From an archaeon (GTDB taxonomy: Archaea; Nanobdellota; Nanobdellia; Woesearchaeales; UBA9642): a DNA stretch of 64,000 nucleotides. A model generated the notes under the pieces. The model saw only the letters and a list, made by a program, of their open reading frames with translations, ran no database searches and was not told the DNA's origin. The stretch spans positions 70,138 through 134,137 of the forward strand of contig JAZDHK010000001.1 of assembly GCA_043806035.1 (NCBI GenBank), written 5' to 3'. Both the position numbers and the translations under genes were made by a program. Below, piece by piece: positions 57,205-64,000 of the stretch (its first letter is position 1; the number at the start of each line of letters is the position of its first letter).

Positions 57205-57387
57205 ATGAGTGCAGAGAGATATAATCTTCGGAATGAAAAAAAAATAACGGAAAATCCTGAGAGAAAGAACTTGTATATTGGAAAGGATGGCAGAGATTAT
57301 CCTACGTTCGAGGCGCTGCGACGGGCCGATGAGGAATATATGCGGATACATTTTCCTAAGATTCCTCCCCGTCATCATGAGCGATGA
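57205..57387 (+). CDS. Small hypothetical protein (60 aa)
   Basis: ATG about 25 nt downstream of TATA-like AAATATATATA; YIGKDGRDY hairpin-like motif. Confidence 0.45.
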   Translation: MSAERYNLRNEKKITENPERKNLYIGKDGRDYPTFEALRRADEEYMRIHFPKIPPRHHER

Positions 57388-57446
57388 TGTGCTTTTGTTG
57401 ATAATTCTGAAATATTTATAAACCCCTGCCTGTTCCATGGCTGCGT

Positions 57447-57546
57447 GCCTCCGTAGCATAGTAGCTATTGCGTCTGCCTCGTACAATCATGTACGAACAT
57501 GGTGAGAGCAAGCAGAAGGTCGCGAGTGCAACTCTCGCCGGAGGCT
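57447..57546 (+). tRNA. tRNA-Thr(CGT) with 27-nt intron at 37/38 (57484-57510)
   Basis: Acceptor GCCTCCG/CGGAGGC plus T73; anticodon stem TCTGC/GCAGA; T-arm GCGAG-TGCAACT-CTCGC; intron hairpin; TATA upstream; CCA not encoded. Confidence 0.9.
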
Positions 57547-57606
57547 TAAGTGCAAACGTTGTTCTTCATTATGCGAAATGATGCAGGATAGGAACGAAGA
57601 AACAAC

Positions 57607-58992
57607 CTATTCCACGACTGCTATCTGCATCGTGTCTGTCGTTCCTGTCTTTGTCCCTGACACGACGACGACTTGCGTTTCTTTCGGAATGAGATTATTC
57701 GCAGATACATACTGCAACGATTCTTTGACGAGAGAAGACCTATTGAGCTCTGCATGATACGCTTGCACGCCCCACACGGCGTTCAGTTGTCGTGCGATAA
57801 CCTCGTCGGGAGTTAACGCGATGATGGGAACGTCAAGCCTGAATCTCGCCACGCGTTGTGTCGTGTATCCTGATGTCGTCGGAGTGATGATGGCTCCGAT
57901 GCCATTCGTACGAACTGCAGCATCCACTGCGCCGCTTACGACATCTTCAGGAGTGTTGCCAAGATAAGGAATGATTCTATCTGCCAGTTCTCGTGACCTG
58001 CCCGAATTCTTGAAATACAGCTCTGCTCGTTCTAGCGTCTTGTTCATGACGTCTATTGCTTCAACAGGATATTGTCCGACGCTCGTTTCTCCCGAAAGCA
58101 TGACTACGTCAGTCCCGTCGAGAACGGCGTTGAATATGTCGCTCACTTCTGCCCGTTTTGGTTCGAGGCCATTCATCATGCTCTCGAGCATCTGCGTCGC
58201 AGTTATCACCATTTTCCCTGCACGGTTGCATTTGCTGATCATCATTTTCTGCTGTTCAGGGACGTATATCGGCCCTATCTCCATTCCTAAATCCCCCCGT
58301 GCAACCATGACCGCATCCGTGTATTCCAAGATTGCATCGAAGTTCTTCAATCCTTCAGGATTCTCGATTTTTGCGATGATTTTTATCTTGCTGTCTCCCA
58401 TGTGTGTGCGCAGTTCCTTGAGATTGTCCGCGTTTTGGGTGAATGATGCGGAGACATAATCGACTCCTTGCTGTACTAAGAAATCCAGATTTGCCTTATC
58501 TTTTGCTGATAGGAACTGCATGGGCACGTATGCTTCGGGGATATTCACTCCTTTTCGTGATTCCAACTGCATGCCGAACAGTACATTCGTGTAGATGATC
58601 TTGTCCTTGATATCTGTTACTTGCAGTCCTACTGCGCCATCATTAATCAAGAGCATGTTGCCTGGCGCTACATGCTTATAGACGTGCTCCACTTGAATGG
58701 GAACACATCCTTCCGGGCATTCGCTTTGCGGGGCTATCTTCACTCCTTGCCCTTTCTCGATGGGCAGCGGTTGTGCTAGTGTGCCGAGCCTGATTTTTGG
58801 ACCTTCAAGGTCTGCGGCAATGAACGCGTACGGCGCCTTTTTCCGTATGTCAGAAATCAGTTTTGCTGCAGGACCATACTCCTTGACGTGGCTCATGTTT
58901 ATCCTGAACCCGTCAAGTCCTGCACGGATCATGTCCTCAAGCTTATCCCAGGAGGCAGGACCGAGCGTTGCCAGGATTTTTGTCTTTGCCAT
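57607..58992 (-). CDS. pyk: Pyruvate kinase
   Basis: TKILATLGPAS, RINMSH, DLEGPKIR, KIEN, MVARGDLG, TATQMLESM, MLSGETS, plus C-terminal domain. Confidence 0.97.
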   Translation of the reverse strand: MAKTKILATLGPASWDKLEDMIRAGLDGFRINMSHVKEYGPAAKLISDIRKKAPYAFIAADLEGPKIRLGTLAQPLPIEKGQGVKIAPQSECPEGCVPIQVEHVYKHVAPGNMLLINDGAVGLQVTDIKDKIIYTNVLFGMQLESRKGVNIPEAYVPMQFLSAKDKANLDFLVQQGVDYVSASFTQNADNLKELRTHMGDSKIKIIAKIENPEGLKNFDAILEYTDAVMVARGDLGMEIGPIYVPEQQKMMISKCNRAGKMVITATQMLESMMNGLEPKRAEVSDIFNAVLDGTDVVMLSGETSVGQYPVEAIDVMNKTLERAELYFKNSGRSRELADRIIPYLGNTPEDVVSGAVDAAVRTNGIGAIITPTTSGYTTQRVARFRLDVPIIALTPDEVIARQLNAVWGVQAYHAELNRSSLVKESLQYVSANNLIPKETQVVVVSGTKTGTTDTMQIAVVE

Positions 58993-59035
58993 GCCCAGAG
59001 GATATCTGTCACGTTTATAAATATTGCGTTTGATT

Positions 59036-59053
59036 AACCACTAAAAAGTAGTA
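59036..59053. promoter_or_regulatory. Recurring 18-bp palindrome between divergent pyk and the methyltransferase gene
   Basis: AACCACT-AAAA-AGTAGTA, 14 bp before TTTATA. Confidence 0.55.
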
Positions 59054-59100
59054 TCAAAAACGAAACTTTTATAAATGATTGCGCTTCAGTACATACAATC

Positions 59101-59928
59101 ATGTTACGTATAGGACTCAATAGAGCGGAAAACGAAAAGTATGAGACGTACTACAGACAGCTGGCTGACCGCACGGAAAAACTTGGTTTGCCGCCTGAGC
59201 GAACGTCGGAGCTGCTCAACGAAGCAAGCCTAGCCATTCTTCGAGATATTCAAGCGCAACGACTTCCACCGAATGTCAGAGTTCCCTCGAGAAAACACGT
59301 ACTAAACTATCTACGAACGATGTACGAGGCTACAGGCGATCCTTTCATTTCAGCACTTTCTCTAGTCCAGCCAGGAAGCTGGACCTCGAGCGGAGGAAGC
59401 TTCAAGCTCGCAGAACTTGCAGGCTACGATATTCCCGAAGAACTCATGCGCGTACAGCAAGAAAAAGGACAGGCACGGTATCTGGAGATAGGTGCGGGAT
59501 ACGCGGGATTCAAATTCGACGAGCCGAAAGGCGTAGCGGCAATTGCTGCACGAGCAGGATACCAGCTCGGAAAGACAATACACGCCGATTTCACGAATGT
59601 CACGAAATGGCATGACTCTCTGCCTGCAGGAATCCATGAACATCCAGGATATTTTGCACGAGATGTCTCTTCACTATTCAATGCACTGCCCCCTGTCGAC
59701 ATCATCTACTCACAAGCGGCTGCGTATTTTGAGCAGATGCTCGAATCATACTTGCACGGAACATTCAGCAATCTGAATCCTGGAGGATTGCTGCTCTTCA
59801 ACGCAAAACCACAAAAAGACGATCTTGTCGTGTGGACTGCGAAGCAGAACGGGATGCAACTCGAGAAGAAACTGGAGCTCGGGCAGGAGAACGGCAACGT
59901 CTATGCATTGCGAAAAGGTGCAGCATGA
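59101..59928 (+). CDS. Class I SAM-dependent methyltransferase-like protein
   Basis: YLEIGAG, DIIYS and LNPGGLLLF motifs. Confidence 0.75.
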   Translation: MLRIGLNRAENEKYETYYRQLADRTEKLGLPPERTSELLNEASLAILRDIQAQRLPPNVRVPSRKHVLNYLRTMYEATGDPFISALSLVQPGSWTSSGGSFKLAELAGYDIPEELMRVQQEKGQARYLEIGAGYAGFKFDEPKGVAAIAARAGYQLGKTIHADFTNVTKWHDSLPAGIHEHPGYFARDVSSLFNALPPVDIIYSQAAAYFEQMLESYLHGTFSNLNPGGLLLFNAKPQKDDLVVWTAKQNGMQLEKKLELGQENGNVYALRKGAA

Positions 59929-60641
59929 AAGCACGACACATTCTTGGCGGAGGGCTCGTGGCCCTGCTCGTAGCAGGAGGCATTGTCGGAAAACACCTCT
60001 ACGATTATCACCTGCCTACCTATTATGTGCTGAAAGATGTCGCTGAAGAGCAACGCACAGAAATTGATGGAGAAAAAAATTTCAAAACCGTCTTCTCCCA
60101 AAAAACCGTTGACGAAATCCGCAAGGAATTCTCAGAATTCTATGGAAAGAGACATGCTGCCGCTCCTGACACGAGCATCGTGACTGATGATGATCTTATC
60201 GAGTTCGGTGTGCAGTATGTCGATGAAAAACTCTCGTTCAGATATCCTGTCATCTGGCCTTCCAAGATCGTCACTGCAGTGCGCATGATCCCCTTCATTG
60301 GTGGTGATCTCGCTCCGAGAAAAGAGAATGAGTATTTTGAGAAAATGTATTATGTCGACATTGCAGGACAGAACGAACGCCTCACGGACTGCTGGGATTA
60401 CAGCCAATTGTTCAAGATGACATTCAACATCCTCGCTAAAGACTTCGAAACAGGATCAACCTGTCACCGAGTCTGTGCGGATGGTCATTTTGCCTATGCG
60501 GGCATGGACAAGAAGCTCGAGGAGCACGATTTCAATCTTATCATTGACAAAGAAGGCAACAAGAGATATATTGACAGCAATGGCGCTGACACGTTCTGGG
60601 TCACCAATCCCGTCGACATTACATTCAAAATCAGGGAATGA
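59925..60641 (+). CDS. Membrane-anchored transglutaminase-like (Cys-His-Asp) protein
   Basis: N-terminal TM; TDCWDYS, EHDFN and YIDS triad pattern; ATGA overlap. Confidence 0.65.
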   Translation: MKARHILGGGLVALLVAGGIVGKHLYDYHLPTYYVLKDVAEEQRTEIDGEKNFKTVFSQKTVDEIRKEFSEFYGKRHAAAPDTSIVTDDDLIEFGVQYVDEKLSFRYPVIWPSKIVTAVRMIPFIGGDLAPRKENEYFEKMYYVDIAGQNERLTDCWDYSQLFKMTFNILAKDFETGSTCHRVCADGHFAYAGMDKKLEEHDFNLIIDKEGNKRYIDSNGADTFWVTNPVDITFKIRE

Positions 60642-60678
60642 CTAAAAACTTATAAACTCAGAGGTGTTTCTGCACGGC

Positions 60679-61476
60679 ATGAAAATGCTGAAAATCCTCG
60701 TCGGCTGCCCCACGTCTGAACACAAGGCGTACTGCCTCAAAGACTATGCTGACGCGGTCAAGCGGCTCGACTATCCGAACTTTGACATCCTTCTTGTCGA
60801 CAATTCAGAACATGATGCGTACATGAAAGCCATCCACGATGCCGAACTGTCGGTCATCAAAGGACCGTACAGCAAGCATGTCATGCAACGTATCGTCGAC
60901 AGCAGAAATCTGTTGGTGAAGATGGCCATCGACGGCAACTATGATTGCCTGTTCAGCCTCGAACAGGATGTCATCCCTCCGCGAGACGCGCTCAAGCAAT
61001 TGCTTGCCGCAGGCAAGGATGTCGTCACGGGCGTGTATTGCAAGCCGTGGACGATGGCAGTGGGCGAGCAGGCGACGATCATGCCGCTCGTCTGGGACTA
61101 TCTTACCGAGCAAGATTATACCGCGTTGCTGAAGCATGTGCAGCTCAAGGAAAAAAATCCTGAACTGTATGCGCTGTTGCACACGGCAAAAGACTATGCT
61201 GAGGCACGGCAACGTGTACGCAAGCCTATCACATTGGCGCAGGTGCAAAAGCCAGAGTTGCGTCAGGTGAAATCAGCAGGCGTAGGCTGTATGCTCATCA
61301 GTAGGGACGTGCTGAAAAAAATCAAGTTCAGAACAAACTCGAACGGTTTTGATGACATGACTTTTTGCGAGGATTTGGAGAAGGCAGGCATCCCCCTCTT
61401 CCTCAGCACGGCAGTGAAGTGCGATCATCTCGTGAAGATGGGCCAATGGGAAAGCATCATGAAGGAGCAGAAATAA
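60679..61476 (+). CDS. GT-A fold glycosyltransferase (GT2-like)
   Basis: ILLVDNS, SRN, SLEQDV, GVGCMLISRDV, DDMTFC. Confidence 0.85.
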   Translation: MKMLKILVGCPTSEHKAYCLKDYADAVKRLDYPNFDILLVDNSEHDAYMKAIHDAELSVIKGPYSKHVMQRIVDSRNLLVKMAIDGNYDCLFSLEQDVIPPRDALKQLLAAGKDVVTGVYCKPWTMAVGEQATIMPLVWDYLTEQDYTALLKHVQLKEKNPELYALLHTAKDYAEARQRVRKPITLAQVQKPELRQVKSAGVGCMLISRDVLKKIKFRTNSNGFDDMTFCEDLEKAGIPLFLSTAVKCDHLVKMGQWESIMKEQK

Positions 61477-61504
61477 ACATGCAAGAAAAGCACCGTTATG
61501 CACC

Positions 61505-61795
61505 ATGAACATCGTCGAAGTAACGGAAGAGAATCTTAAGCGCTGCTTTGCTATAACGCAGGAAGCGTTGGCTGCAGTCAGGGCTGCAGAGCATGATCGG
61601 ACAAGGAAAAAGATTGCTGACGACTATCTGGACATGGCACAGCGGTATTTTGATGATGCACAGCATTTCTTCACGCAGGGTAATTTCGTCCTCGCCTATG
61701 GTGCATTGCATTACGCGCATGCCTGGCTTGACGCGGGAGCACGGATTGGCTTATTCAAGGTTAGTGATAGCAGATTGTTTACGGTCGACGACTAA
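61505..61795 (+). CDS. DUF357-family protein
   Basis: MAQRYFDDAQHF and YAHAWLDAGARIG motifs. Confidence 0.85.
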   Translation: MNIVEVTEENLKRCFAITQEALAAVRAAEHDRTRKKIADDYLDMAQRYFDDAQHFFTQGNFVLAYGALHYAHAWLDAGARIGLFKVSDSRLFTVDD

Positions 61796-62619
61796 GGATC
61801 TAATGTCATCACTTCCTGCGGTTGTATACGCAAGAGCCATTCTGCTGAGTTATAGAGCGCCAACACACGTGCCGTGGCTTTCTTCAATGTTCCACCCCAC
61901 ATGTACGCACAAGTATGATCGTTATTAGGCACCTTGACATAATCTGTGGCAAGTCGTATTTCATTGAATCGTTCTTTGAGGCAGTCAGGAGGCACTCTTA
62001 CGAACAGGTCGTGCACGTGTCTGAACAAGTGCACATTATCACTATTGACATAATGTGCGTGCTCGAACACTCTATAGGTAGATGCGCCTCCTCGTTTATA
62101 ATAGAACGTTTCGCAGTGCTTTTTTTTACGGACTAACACCCTGAGCTCTTCCAATTCGTTGTCAATGGTTTCCCATTCCGTGAACATGAGTTCTTTTGCA
62201 GGCTCAAAGATACCTGACTTGACGTCGGGCTCGTTCTCCACGTGGCTCGGGACATCGACGCCTTTGAGATGAGCTTCCATGAGATAACCATTCCGTTTGA
62301 GCACGAGCTTATCGCCTACCAGATGTTCTTGGATAGACTCGTAGGAAGTGGCAGCTTGGCCAGTAAACCATTCCGGAAAATAAATGTTCACAGTGTATTC
62401 AATGTCTTTTTCCGGGCCAAAGATCTCGCGCAAAGTTCTGATCTTTGTCTTCTCTCTCGTCCGCGCGAGCTTTGCTGATATATCGCCAGATTCCTGCCGT
62501 CCTGCTGCGTACCCTGCATCAATAGCTGCACGCAAGAGCAATCGTTCTCTGTCCGTCACGAATTCAAGATTTTTATCGAGTATGTCAAGAGCAGTTTCCG
62601 GATTTATCGGGTCGATCAT
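61792..62619 (-). CDS. Hypothetical protein
   Basis: 275-aa ORF with strong GGAGGAGG SD. Confidence 0.7.
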   Translation of the reverse strand: MIDPINPETALDILDKNLEFVTDRERLLLRAAIDAGYAAGRQESGDISAKLARTREKTKIRTLREIFGPEKDIEYTVNIYFPEWFTGQAATSYESIQEHLVGDKLVLKRNGYLMEAHLKGVDVPSHVENEPDVKSGIFEPAKELMFTEWETIDNELEELRVLVRKKKHCETFYYKRGGASTYRVFEHAHYVNSDNVHLFRHVHDLFVRVPPDCLKERFNEIRLATDYVKVPNNDHTCAYMWGGTLKKATARVLALYNSAEWLLRIQPQEVMTLDP

Positions 62620-62720
62620 GTGTTCCTCCTCCCACCTCTCTGATGGAGAATGTGAAATTCTTTATATTGCTTGCGGGCACATGCTCATTAGAAACATTAG
62701 AAAAATTGGGCACTGTCTTA

Positions 62721-63248
62721 TTATGAATACTTTAATTTAACATGCAAAAAGTTTCCCCACGTCCAGACTTTTGTTGCCTGACGCTCGAGAATTGATGGCG
62801 TCAGTTTTTCATGCAGTTCGTGCATGAAATTCCAATGAAATTGGAATAGCGCAAATGCGTCGCTTATCGCGTATCTGTTTTTTGCGTGGCATTGACTTTT
62901 TCGCACCATTCTTGATATCCTGTTTCTGAAAACGCTGTTGACGCATTCCGCTGCGTTCGTGTCTATATCGTCGATATTCGGGTTTCCGAATATCTTCCTT
63001 TTGATTGCTGGGAAAATCTTTTTTCCATCTATTGTCTTGATCTTTTGACCGTAGCGCAACACGTCAGTGTTGTAATATTCAGGCAATACTGACGTGTAAT
63101 CATCATTACCGTCGCTGTAAATGACCAATTTATGTTTGTAGTCAGGTTGCCTTACGTGATTTTCAAACTTGTTGAATAAGAGCCTCAGCAAATTTTTGTC
63201 CCAATTGCCAATGCTGAACGCTACCAAGAATAATGATTCTCTTTTCAC
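62721..63248 (-). CDS. insB: IS1 transposase catalytic part (InsB-like), likely reached by -1 frameshift
   Basis: YSDG and TNAAEC acidic motifs; frame open upstream to the A-tracts at 63305-63322. Confidence 0.8.
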   Translation of the reverse strand: MKRESLFLVAFSIGNWDKNLLRLLFNKFENHVRQPDYKHKLVIYSDGNDDYTSVLPEYYNTDVLRYGQKIKTIDGKKIFPAIKRKIFGNPNIDDIDTNAAECVNSVFRNRISRMVRKSQCHAKNRYAISDAFALFQFHWNFMHELHEKLTPSILERQATKVWTWGNFLHVKLKYS

Positions 63249-63715
63249 GCATGTTGCAATTGCCGTCTGGCTTGGTCGAGGGAACGCATCTGTTTCTGAC
63301 TTAAGTTTTTTTTGTTTTTTTTAACCACCGTCAATATTTCATCAACTTCGTACGTCTCTAATCTTAAATCGTGCACGAGATAATTCGTCATGCTCATTGC
63401 ATGATCTGCTAAGTCAGAGAGCAAACTGCAAACTGTGTTCTTGTTCACATGAAGTGTTCGAGAGATTGCTCGAACACCTTTTTTCTCAACGAGTTCTTTG
63501 CAGATTTCTTTGATTTTTCTCTCGCTGAGTTTTTTTTGATAGAGAGGAGTGCCTTTTGTCTCGACGAGATATTTATTGCAATGATTGCAATAATATCTTT
63601 GGTGTCCGGCGGTGTTTTGTCCTCGCTTTACAATATCCTTTCCTGTTTCTCGACGATAGAAATCACAATCTGGATTTTGACAAACTGCCTTGTTCTTTGT
63701 ACGTGGACGAGCCAT
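63245..63715 (-). CDS. insA: IS1 InsA-like protein (Zn ribbon and HTH)
   Basis: CQNPDC...RYYCNHC, GVRAISRTLHVNKNTV HTH, EVDE motif before the A-tracts. Confidence 0.85.
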   Translation of the reverse strand: MARPRTKNKAVCQNPDCDFYRRETGKDIVKRGQNTAGHQRYYCNHCNKYLVETKGTPLYQKKLSERKIKEICKELVEKKGVRAISRTLHVNKNTVCSLLSDLADHAMSMTNYLVHDLRLETYEVDEILTVVKKNKKNLSQKQMRSLDQARRQLQHA

Positions 63716-64000
63716 AATTAATCACCTCTTACGAGGTTGGAGTATATGAGAACTACTATATTAAAGTATCTATTTCAATACAGTGCCGAACTCCTGCATT
63801 GATTTTTCTCTACACCACACAGTAGAGAATTCTACGACCTAACCCTATCGGAGATACTGCGTGCAATTACTTCTTGCCCGTTATGTGTTTGCGCAATGCC
63901 TGCGGGATTGCGTTCGGGGAAGGGAGGTTGATGTCGTGAGTGGTCTTCTTTATTTTTTTGAAGCCAGGGATTCTCGGCACGACGAGCGCATAGCCCAACC

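Larger units (their letters stand above)
62709..63787 (-). mobile_element. IS1-family insertion sequence (1079 bp)
   Basis: TIRs GGCACTGT...ATACTTTAAT (22/28 identical) at both ends; insA/insB-like ORFs; no clear target duplication. Confidence 0.88.

Noticed and set aside
63988-64000. Possible tRNA 3' end (GGTTGGGCTA on the minus strand) at the right edge
   Set aside because: Only about 10 nt are visible; it cannot be supported without the next window.
1-64000. CRISPR array, cas genes, rRNA, reverse transcriptase/DGR or provirus
   Set aside because: I saw no regularly spaced repeats, no RT, integrase, capsid or terminase motifs and no rRNA-like sequence.

Overview
This is an archaeal chromosome segment, most consistent with a DPANN/Nanobdellota lineage such as Woesearchaeales (inference). 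The evidence is the PIN-rpoE1-spt4-rps24e cluster, Cdc6/Orc1, ATP-dependent DNA ligase, archaeal FtsZ, archease plus intein-containing RtcB, BRE/TATA promoters and an intron-containing tRNA-Thr(CGT). Housekeeping and metabolic genes (pstSCAB and a PhoU-type regulator, sua5, pyk, cold-shock protein, adenosine deaminase, MazG, HD hydrolase, bacterial-type CoaD-CoaE fusion) are interspersed with accessory loci. Main observations: (1) a translationally coupled four-gene operon encoding a J-domain/atypical kinase, a vWA protein, a truncated pyruvate-kinase paralogue and a PurA-like enzyme with a rewritten aspartate-binding loop; (2) one Rhs/YD toxin shell apparently split across three separately secreted proteins in permuted gene order; (3) an 18-bp palindrome at eight promoters, seven of them 12-15 bp upstream of a TATA box; (4) a transposase-less 1.9-kb cassette with 14-bp direct repeats and 27-bp imperfect inverted repeats; (5) a CoaB-aldolase-methyltransferase fusion next to an aminotransferase; (6) two L,D-transpeptidase-family genes in an archaeon; (7) a structured leader RNA preceding two micro-ORFs. 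An IS1-family element lies near the right end. No CRISPR array or rRNA was seen. All calls are by-eye motif recognition; no database searches were run.
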